Under the pieces are notes generated by a model. That model had not been told where the DNA came from and made no database searches. It worked only from the letters and a program-made list of their open reading frames with translations. DNA of 31,872 nt from a virus (Duplodnaviria; Heunggongvirae; Uroviricota; Caudoviricetes): IMG/VR virus record IMGVR_UViG_3300045988_180666. One strand, given 5' to 3'. Below are positions 24,613-31,330 of this stretch, piece by piece. The position numbers and the translations under genes were made by a program. Position 1 is the stretch's first letter; each line of letters opens with the position of its first letter.

Positions 24613-25197
24613 TTAATCTTTGCTAAATCTTGTTGTAGATGTTAAATTTACGCCTCTTTTTGCGTGTTGATCACGCATTCTGTAGAAACATTGGCGTACG
24701 GTATCCTCGTAATCGATGCCAATGCCATGCTGTTCGCACCATGCCGAAATGAGCGATGAAAGCTTGCATGAGCGGTCGGCGATGTCTTTGAGCGAAGCCC
24801 AGAGATCCATCTTGAAGAGGTCGGAAATCATCTCTTTGACGGCACGTCTGGCACGTGGCCCGAGGTAGTTGTACTCTCGCACAGGCTTAGCCTTGGAGTC
24901 AGGCAGCTCGATGGCAAGATACTCTTCGGGATGGGTGAGCCATCGGCTCTGCTCGAACTCCTCGTCGTGGAAGGTATGCTTGACACTTTGGTGCAGTTGG
25001 CTGGCATCAGCCTGCTGCATCTCTTGGATGTTCTCTTGGTCGATAGGCGATAGGTTGACAACGGGAGGTCTGCTGGTGAACTTGCGGAGCACAGCCACCT
25101 CGTTGCCGATGGCAGGGAAGACCACTGGGTTGCCATAAGCTCGGTAAGCCCATTGTCTGATGTGGGTAGGAACTTTGATGTAAACAATTGGATTCAT
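24613..25197 (-). CDS. hypothetical phage protein, first gene of the late/head operon
   Basis: The track start at 25209 is TTG. The ATG at 25197 (MNPIVYIKVPTHIRQW...) lies about 20 nt downstream of the -7 box at 25218-25225 and gives 194 aa. Confidence 0.55.
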   Translation of the reverse strand: MNPIVYIKVPTHIRQWAYRAYGNPVVFPAIGNEVAVLRKFTSRPPVVNLSPIDQENIQEMQQADASQLHQSVKHTFHDEEFEQSRWLTHPEEYLAIELPDSKAKPVREYNYLGPRARRAVKEMISDLFKMDLWASLKDIADRSCKLSSLISAWCEQHGIGIDYEDTVRQCFYRMRDQHAKRGVNLTSTTRFSKD

Positions 25198-25217
25198 ATA
25201 GCTATGCAATTTTCGTG

Positions 25218-25225
25218 CAAAGATA
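25218..25225 (-). promoter_or_regulatory. -7 box TATCTTTG, candidate late/head operon promoter
   Basis: GCAAAGATA lies 21 nt upstream of the ATG at 25197. Confidence 0.55.
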
Positions 25226-25311
25226 CAAAGAAAATTTGAAATAACTAACGATAATCGGTAAAAACTAACTTTTATCAGTAAATTTGGTGTGATATAATTT
25301 CGTCCGAAAAG

Positions 25312-25600
25312 TTTGTATTTTTGTATCGTACAAACAAGGCTCTGTAACTAGCTGATAATCAATACTATTTTTGTGATACAATTTTCTGATACAGAAATTG
25401 TAACTCTTTAGCTTTTGTAACTTGGGGTTTTGTCGAGGTCGAAGACCTGTAGGAGAAGGGGCTTGTTACAAACTTGAAAAACTTTGTAACAGAGTTGTAA
25501 CGCAACTTTGTAAACATCGGCAAGGCGGCTTAACTCCATCTTTTATAATTATTTACCTCTTTTGCCAACATTATGTTACAGAGTTACAAAGGATTTGTAT
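25312..25600. repeat. iteron-like array of (T)TTGTAAC / GTTACAA(A) motifs
   Basis: TGTAAC-core copies were read at about 25343, 25398, 25415, 25484 and 25495, with a variant at 25508. Inverted copies lie at about 25465, 25575 and 25583. A TTTGTA-tcg-TACAAA palindrome lies at 25320-25334. Confidence 0.6.
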
Positions 25601-25734
25601 AAAATAAAAGAAAGGGGTGTGGGGAAAACGATGGCACGGGGCGTGAAGGAGGATAGGGAAGGCCCATCGAGACACCCAGGACACCCCCATTGGCCAATGG
25701 AGGGGTAGCGAGACGAAACATCGCCCATGGCAAC

Positions 25735-25770
25735 GAAAAAAGGGAGCGACGGCCAATGCGCATCGCTCCC
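25735..25770 (-). terminator. intrinsic terminator downstream of the primase-helicase gene
   Basis: Minus-strand GGGAGCGA-13 nt loop-UCGCUCCC followed by U6. Confidence 0.65.
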
Positions 25771-25878
25771 TCGTAACATGGGAAAAGAATTATAAATCAG
25801 CAAAAATCTGCCTATGAAATCAGCCCTCGTCTGCTTGCAAAAATAGTGAAAAATTGCTTGAAAATTTAGCCGAAAATA

Positions 25879-25910
25879 TTTGCATAATTCAGATATTTTT
25901 TGTACCTTTG
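25879..25910 (+). promoter_or_regulatory. plus-strand consensus promoter (-33 TTTG, 20-nt spacer, -7 TACCTTTG) pointing antisense into the primase 3' end
   Basis: TTTG at 25879-25882 and TACCTTTG at 25903-25910. Confidence 0.45.
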
Positions 25911-25951
25911 CACTATAACTTGGGGCTATCTATTCTATTATATATGGATGG

Positions 25952-28906
25952 CTAGAAAGGTTTATCACTATCTTTATCTACCTTGCTCCAGTCAATGGTA
26001 GATTGATATTCACCCCCAGCTGCAGGGACATCAGCCTTGGCAGCTTGTTTATCCTCTTTTTTATCATCACTCTTCTTGCTTCGGAGATAGATCATCTCGA
26101 CAGGGCTGCCGTCTGGGTTAGCTGGATCGCGTCTGATGATGCGGTGCTGGCTGTTGCAGAGATCAGCTGGGTTCAGCTCTTGGATGTATGGACACAGCTC
26201 GACGAAGGCTCTGAGCTTTTTGGTGAAGCTCTGTGTGGTCGCCTTGTTGATGCCTGAGAACTGCTTGAAGTCATTGAACGCACGCTCTCTCACGATAAAT
26301 GTATCGAGTCGCTCGCTCTCTTCTGAGAAGTAGGATGCAGCCCAGTCTTCGAAGTTGACACCCATGTCGGCCTTGAACTTGCGCTTGATGATGTTATCCA
26401 TCGGTGGCATGATCTTGATAGGTTCGCCAGCCAAGGAGAGATAGAAACGACAGCACTGCAGGAAAAAGTTGATGTCAGCATTCCACTCATCCTCAGTGTA
26501 TGTCTTTGAGAAGAGATCTTCGTCGAAGTCATCACGGATGCTTCGGGTCTCTTGGTAATCATTCTCCTCTGTGCGCTGATGGTAATAGTCGGAGAACACC
26601 ATATAGAGCAGTCTCGCCTCTGAGGAAGGGTCGAAGTCTGCCGGCACGTAGTTGGTGGTGAAGGCAATCTTCGGGCTATCCTCGAAAGGAATTGTGAAGC
26701 TCTGGTTGTTCTTTGGGTTGACTGTCATATCTGAAGTAATGTTATCGTAAAATAAACCTGTGTTGAGATAGCGGTCACAGTCATCGAGGAGCAGCATCTG
26801 GGTGTGCTGTGTCACCTGATCGAAGACGTGTGGGTTGTCCATCAGCTTAGGGTTGCGTCCGGAAAGCTTGACTGTTTTCATCAGCAGTGAAAGCGTCTTG
26901 AAGAAGAAACTCTTACCGGAACGGCCGTTGCACTCGTTGTTTTCACCAATCTTGTTGTCCATCGCCATCGGAGCCCAAGCCCTGGATGGTGCCTTGTAAT
27001 GATGGAGCATGTAGCCGAAGGTGAAAATCTTGTTTATCAAGTTCTGCTTTTGCTCTTGTATCTCGTTGTCGGCAAGCCCTTCGCCAGCGATGTCGAAGAG
27101 GTGTGCCTTGTGGTATGCCTCTTTCTCCTCGATGCTCTTGTCCTCAAAAGCATACTCTAGCTCTTTGCGCCAGTAGGTGCGAGAGGCGTTGATGAGATAG
27201 CCGAAGAAGTGGGACTTCACGTTCTTGACCTCGATGTCGAACTTCGGCCTGCCATCCTCGTCGATGGTTCGGGTGATGGAGAACATGTCATCCAACTTCT
27301 TGAAGTTGTGGTTGATGACATTCTCTTGCCAAACATAGTTTTTGAGCGAGCTGCCCTCACGCTGGTACTCGTTTAGTCCATCTTTGGTGACCTCGACGCT
27401 GACACGAGGGAAGAAGAACAACTGCGAGTGGTTGGTGTAGCTGGTGAAGTCTAGCGTAATCTCTTGGAGCGAGTCGAGCGCCGATGCCGACAGCTTTGGC
27501 GTGTTGAGCACCAAGTTAAGGATGTCACGCTTCTCAGCTCTCTCGATGACCCATTGGCGGCAGAACTCACGGATGTCTCTCGTGGTGATGAGCTTGACGA
27601 TGTTGCCCGTGATGCGAACATATTTGGTGATGGTCGAGTTGTCATCGTGCAAGGTATAGAAACCATTGAGACGAAGAAAATTGTAGAGGCACGCCGTGTC
27701 GATGTAGTGGTCCCAGGTGTTAGCCTTTTTGTTGAGCTTGCTCACCCAAAATCGGGCTGGCATCGCCAGTGTCATGAGGTTGCGGAAGTCTTTGCGAGTA
27801 TTGCGCAGCTCCATCCAGTCTCGCAGGTCTTTGCGCCCCTTGCCACGGTTGTCGTGGTAGGTGCGAAGCCAAGAAGGCAACCATATCGTATGGATGTCGA
27901 TGAAGCGCAGGGCAAGCTCTGTGCCCTTGGCGATGCCCGTCTCGTCGATGTCGGGTATATTGTAGAGCACCTCGACATACTTCATAATCTCTCGGTACTC
28001 CTCGTCGCTGAGCTTGTAGGTCTCGGAGTTGAACCATAACGGGTTGTAGCCCATGGAACGGCAGCAGAGACTGTCACGCTCGCCACTGCAGATGAAAGCC
28101 TCGGGAAGTTTCTTCTCCTTGTAAGGCTTGGACTCGTCTGTGTTGGTCTTGTTGTACTCAGCCTCTTCACGGCGGTTGAACTCGTGATAGGCAGCCTTCA
28201 GCTCAGCTAGGCCATTGATGTATTGCTTAGGCTTGATGCCGTCTGGGGTGTAAGAGAATCGCCACTGCTTTTGGTAGTTGAGAGGCTCATATATCTTGTA
28301 GAACTTAACCTCAGGCTTGTCGCCTTCAGCTGGGCGAACCAAGCACTCACGCATAAAGATAGGGTAGTGCTCGTTGCTGTGCTTAATCTTGACCTTGCGG
28401 TCTTTGACGTATCCTATCCACTTGGCGGAATGCCAGTTGAGCGCATCGACGTGCTCTTGCTTGACGTTTGGACCCAGTACCTTCAGTTCATCTTCGGTGA
28501 ACTTCTCGTTCAGCTCGAAAGGTCTGGTACCATCTTTCTCGTTGATGGTGGCATCACGCTCTGTGAACGTAGGCTTGTTGACCTCTTTTTTGAGTTCATC
28601 GCTAACGTTGTATTCGGAAGCCAGTCGCAGGATAGCATCAGGAAAGCGGTCGATGCACTTCTCTCTCATGTAGAGGTCGATAGGTGACTCGGCAGATCCG
28701 TCGCCGCCGAAGTCTGTCACTCGCCAGCAGTCTTTGAACTTTTTGAGACTGCAGGAAGGTGTTTTCTCATTGCGGATGGCAAAGTGCTTTTTAGGCGTGC
28801 CAGTCGTGCAATATTTCTGGATGCATTCTTTTGCGTCCGGGTATAGTGAGATGATGATGTCGAGACCATCATCTGTAGCTTGATAAATTTGTTCTGCTTT
28901 GATCAT
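25952..28906 (-). CDS. DNA primase (Toprim) fused to SF3 (P4/D5-like) helicase
   Basis: The track start at 28936 is TTG inside the promoter, so the ATG at 28906 (MIKAEQIYQATDDG...) is preferred. The Toprim-like segment is FICSGERDSLCC...LYNIPDIDETGIAKG. Walker A is ECNGRSGKSFFFK and Walker B is QMLLLDDCD. Confidence 0.8.
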   Translation of the reverse strand: MIKAEQIYQATDDGLDIIISLYPDAKECIQKYCTTGTPKKHFAIRNEKTPSCSLKKFKDCWRVTDFGGDGSAESPIDLYMREKCIDRFPDAILRLASEYNVSDELKKEVNKPTFTERDATINEKDGTRPFELNEKFTEDELKVLGPNVKQEHVDALNWHSAKWIGYVKDRKVKIKHSNEHYPIFMRECLVRPAEGDKPEVKFYKIYEPLNYQKQWRFSYTPDGIKPKQYINGLAELKAAYHEFNRREEAEYNKTNTDESKPYKEKKLPEAFICSGERDSLCCRSMGYNPLWFNSETYKLSDEEYREIMKYVEVLYNIPDIDETGIAKGTELALRFIDIHTIWLPSWLRTYHDNRGKGRKDLRDWMELRNTRKDFRNLMTLAMPARFWVSKLNKKANTWDHYIDTACLYNFLRLNGFYTLHDDNSTITKYVRITGNIVKLITTRDIREFCRQWVIERAEKRDILNLVLNTPKLSASALDSLQEITLDFTSYTNHSQLFFFPRVSVEVTKDGLNEYQREGSSLKNYVWQENVINHNFKKLDDMFSITRTIDEDGRPKFDIEVKNVKSHFFGYLINASRTYWRKELEYAFEDKSIEEKEAYHKAHLFDIAGEGLADNEIQEQKQNLINKIFTFGYMLHHYKAPSRAWAPMAMDNKIGENNECNGRSGKSFFFKTLSLLMKTVKLSGRNPKLMDNPHVFDQVTQHTQMLLLDDCDRYLNTGLFYDNITSDMTVNPKNNQSFTIPFEDSPKIAFTTNYVPADFDPSSEARLLYMVFSDYYHQRTEENDYQETRSIRDDFDEDLFSKTYTEDEWNADINFFLQCCRFYLSLAGEPIKIMPPMDNIIKRKFKADMGVNFEDWAASYFSEESERLDTFIVRERAFNDFKQFSGINKATTQSFTKKLRAFVELCPYIQELNPADLCNSQHRIIRRDPANPDGSPVEMIYLRSKKSDDKKEDKQAAKADVPAAGGEYQSTIDWSKVDKDSDKPF

Positions 28907-28933
28907 AATTCTTTTCCATTGTAAATTTGCTTG

Positions 28934-28964
28934 CAAAATTATTGCAAAGCGAGTTCAAAACAAA
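28934..28964 (-). promoter_or_regulatory. promoter of the primase-helicase gene (-33 TTTG, 19-nt spacer, -7 TAATTTTG)
   Basis: Plus-strand CAAAATTA at 28934-28941 and CAAA at 28961-28964. The ATG at 28906 is downstream. Confidence 0.6.
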
Positions 28965-28968
28965 ATAC

Positions 28969-29088
28969 TTATTTTTTGTCGCATAGAGCCTTTGGCTCAT
29001 ACTCGACGTATCTGTGGAGAGGGTGGCAGTATCTGCCATTGATGCAGTTGCTGCCATCCTCGCACTTTTGGCATTTAATCGGTGGCAT
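28969..29088 (-). CDS. possible 39-aa Cys-rich (zinc-ribbon-like) peptide
   Basis: Hand translation gives MPPIKCQKCEDGSNCINGRYCHPLHRYVEYEPKALCDKK. The ATG at 29088 overlaps the end of 29075..29386 by 14 nt. It is below the ORF-track size cut-off. Confidence 0.3.
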   Translation of the reverse strand: MPPIKCQKCEDGSNCINGRYCHPLHRYVEYEPKALCDKK

Positions 29089-29386
29089 CGACTTTTATAT
29101 CAAAAGTGTCGTTGTGTAGCAACATCTTGGTATGAACATAAATTGGCTTTTGCTCATCCTCATCCCATCCAACCTCTCGGAAGTCTCTGCCATCGATATA
29201 GCATTCGGTGGCGTATCCTTTGTCGGTCCACTCTACGATATGGTCTTTGTCGAACTCGTCTCTTGCTGGCACTGTAGCCAGAACACGAGTGCCAAACTTG
29301 CTGTAGCTAATCTCGTGTATGGTTACGTTAGGATATTTCTCGATGATTGCCTCCTCGATAGATTTTGTCTTAGTCTTCTTTTTCAT
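29075..29386 (-). CDS. hypothetical early phage protein
   Basis: 103 aa with an ATG start, part of the early leftward operon. Confidence 0.55.
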   Translation of the reverse strand: MKKKTKTKSIEEAIIEKYPNVTIHEISYSKFGTRVLATVPARDEFDKDHIVEWTDKGYATECYIDGRDFREVGWDEDEQKPIYVHTKMLLHNDTFDIKVDATD

Positions 29387-29576
29387 TGTTCTTCATTCTG
29401 AATTTAACAATACCTGCCACGATGCCGTCTTCTTGGTCATCGTAGAACATATTTAAATCTGTTGTGCCCTTATGGAGTGTACCATAGGACACGTCAACGG
29501 CAACGCTGGCATCCTCGAAATCTTTGAGGATGGCTTGAAGCTGTTTGCTGTTGCATCTGACTGTCATTTTTCCCAT
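29370..29576 (-). CDS. hypothetical early phage protein
   Basis: 68 aa, overlapping both neighbours by 13-17 nt. Confidence 0.45.
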   Translation of the reverse strand: MGKMTVRCNSKQLQAILKDFEDASVAVDVSYGTLHKGTTDLNMFYDDQEDGIVAGIVKFRMKNNEKED

Positions 29577-29788
29577 GATCCATCATTGATAATTTGCTCG
29601 ATGACCTCTCTGTCGATGGCACGCCAAGTATTGGTGCGCATCTTATTGTAGATGGTGTTCTGGCTCATCTCTAGCTTTAGCTGCAGTGTGGCCATGAACT
29701 TGCTTCTCTTTTTGCGTGGTATCTCATTATACCATGCGAGGATGATATTTTCATCATCATTTTTTTGTTTTTTTCTTGCATATTCCAA
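29564..29788 (-). CDS. small HTH-like early protein (Cro/excisionase-like position)
   Basis: 74 aa, first ORF after the leftward early promoter. The segment RSKFMATLQLKLEMSQNTIYNKMRTNTW looks HTH-like. The only start at the 5' end is TTG, so the start is uncertain. Confidence 0.45.
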   Translation of the reverse strand: MEYARKKQKNDDENIILAWYNEIPRKKRSKFMATLQLKLEMSQNTIYNKMRTNTWRAIDREVIEQIINDGSWEK

Positions 29789-29798
29789 TATTTATTAT

Positions 29799-29806
29799 TA
29801 ATTTTG
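29799..29806 (+). promoter_or_regulatory. -7 box TAATTTTG, candidate rightward promoter for the repressor gene
   Basis: The plus-strand TAATTTTG is separated by 3 nt from the leftward -7 box. The repressor ATG is at 29903. Confidence 0.4.
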
Positions 29807-29809
29807 TTG

Positions 29810-29817
29810 CAAAGTTA
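29810..29817 (-). promoter_or_regulatory. -7 box TAACTTTG, leftward early promoter
   Basis: Plus-strand GCAAAGTTA lies 22 nt upstream of the first early ORF. Confidence 0.5.
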
Positions 29818-29902
29818 GTAATAAAAATCGGAAAATACTAACGAAAGTAAGTAAAAACACCTACGATAATAGGTTAAATATTATTAATTAAATTAGGTAA
29901 TT

Positions 29903-30280
29903 ATGTTTAATGGTCAGATAATCAGAAAGTTAATGTCGGATGCTGGCTTAACTAAAAAAGAGTTTGAAAGACGTATGTTCGGTAGTAAATCGACCGACCT
30001 CAACCATTTGGAAAAAGCGAAGAATCTTCGCAGTGACACTCTCGAACGTCTGCGTGATGTGTTGAAGTGCTCTATGGATGACTTCTTTACAGCACCCTCA
30101 TGGGCTGAGAACGGAAAGGGGACAGTCGTAGGCTCTAACAATGTGCTGTCAACAGTAGCCATCGGCAACGAAGTGATGGAAGCCCAATATCTCAAGGAGT
30201 TGCTCTTGGAGAAGGACAAACGCATCAGCACTTTGGAAAATTATATCAAGCTTCTGGAGACTAACTTAAATAAGGACTAA
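29903..30280 (+). CDS. XRE-family HTH regulator, putative prophage repressor
   Basis: 125 aa, the only phage gene on the plus strand and divergent from the early operon. The N-terminal HTH is IIRKLMSDAGLTKKEFERRMFGSKSTDLNHLEKAKNLRSDTLERLRDVLKCSMDDFF. The C-terminal part is a coiled coil (QYLKELLLEKDKRISTLENYIKLLE). Confidence 0.75.
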   Translation: MFNGQIIRKLMSDAGLTKKEFERRMFGSKSTDLNHLEKAKNLRSDTLERLRDVLKCSMDDFFTAPSWAENGKGTVVGSNNVLSTVAIGNEVMEAQYLKELLLEKDKRISTLENYIKLLETNLNKD

Positions 30281-30510
30281 TACGAAACATAATTCGTAAG
30301 ATGAATCCTTATATATAATAAGGTGTATAAAATATATCGTATAATCTCAGCAGTGATATCCAACTCGTTAGTCCTGCCGCCGCAACTAGTTTCGGGTAAG
30401 AAGTTGGTAAACAACATCTTATCCGATTTCTGTTTTTCTATTGGAACTATATCAGAACGAAATACTTTCCATTCCACATTCCTTTGATATTCAATATTTA
30501 ACACTTATTA

Positions 30511-30542
30511 TTTGCGTATATTGAATAAAAGTGCTACTTTTG
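30511..30542 (+). promoter_or_regulatory. host TetR gene promoter (-33 TTTG, 20-nt spacer, -7 TACTTTTG)
   Basis: TTTG at 30511-30514 and TACTTTTG at 30535-30542. The ATG at 30592 follows. Confidence 0.55.
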
Positions 30543-30565
30543 CACATTGATAATTTATTGTGCAA
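30540..30565. promoter_or_regulatory. 7-bp perfect inverted repeat TTGCACA-N12-TGTGCAA overlapping the TetR -7 box / start site (likely autoregulatory operator)
   Basis: Read directly: arms at 30540-30546 and 30559-30565. Confidence 0.5.
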
Positions 30566-30591
30566 CCAAATCTCGATGGAGGTACTTCGTT

Positions 30592-31188
30592 ATGTCAATA
30601 TCAAAAACTAGACAGAAATTAGTGGATGTCGCTCGACAACTCTTTGCAAAGAACGGAATCGCCAATACAACGATGAATGACATCGCTGTGGCTTCTGGTA
30701 AGGGACGTCGCACGCTTTATACCTATTTTAGTCGTAAGGAGGACGTCTATTACGCAGTGATAGAGTCGGAATTGGAGCGCCTTTCTGACAAACTTGACGA
30801 AGTGGCCGCCAGTAAGATTCGACCTCAAGACAAAATCATCGAATTGATTTATACCCACTTGAGCATGATCAAGGAGACTGTTGTCAGAAATGGAAATCTG
30901 AGAGCTGAGTTCTTCCGCAATATTTGGATGGTGGAAAAGGCTCGCAAGAATTTCGATGAAGACGAGATAGAACTTCTCAGGAAGGTTTATTCCGAGGGCA
31001 AGGCGGACGGCGAGTTTGACATCGATAATGTAGATTTGGTGGCTGACATCACACACTATTGCATCAAAGGTCTCGAAGTTCCGTTTATCTATGGGCGATT
31101 GGGACATGGCTTGAACGTGGAGTCGAGCAAACCGCTGGTTGCCAAGGTTGTCTATGGTGCTTTAGGAAAGTCGGGAATGAAGTTGTAA
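30592..31188 (+). CDS. TetR/AcrR-family transcriptional regulator (host)
   Basis: The track start at 30547 is TTG; the ATG at 30592 gives MSISKTRQKLVDVARQLFAKNGIANTTMNDIAVASGKGRRTLYTYF, the canonical TetR N-terminal HTH. A consensus promoter and a palindrome lie just upstream. Confidence 0.85.
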   Translation: MSISKTRQKLVDVARQLFAKNGIANTTMNDIAVASGKGRRTLYTYFSRKEDVYYAVIESELERLSDKLDEVAASKIRPQDKIIELIYTHLSMIKETVVRNGNLRAEFFRNIWMVEKARKNFDEDEIELLRKVYSEGKADGEFDIDNVDLVADITHYCIKGLEVPFIYGRLGHGLNVESSKPLVAKVVYGALGKSGMKL

Positions 31189-31330
31189 GAGATTGCTTGC
31201 TAGAATAGCGAAATGCTCTTTTTCTGTTATTCAAAGTATATTGAATGATGGACTAAACTTTCTTGCAAATTCTCAGCAAATCACAAATTGAATAATATAA
31301 AGTGTTAAATATCAAATAAATAAAAAGAAA

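Noticed and set aside
25614-25658. Possible G-quadruplex from four G-runs
   Set aside because: The loops between runs are 3, 13 and 14 nt and the last run is only GGG. This is too weak to call; it is mentioned only as a compositional oddity.
25422-25803. ORFs 25422..25607 (+), 25571..25756 (-) and 25576..25803 (-) in the iteron / G-run intergenic region
   Set aside because: They span repeats and a terminator hairpin. Their composition (C/W/P/H-rich) is not protein-like and they have no promoter or start context.
30277-30504. 75-aa minus-strand ORF in the prophage-host junction
   Set aside because: It starts inside the TetR promoter repeats and ends overlapping the repressor stop. The peptide is AT-rich and low-complexity, and there is no promoter box.
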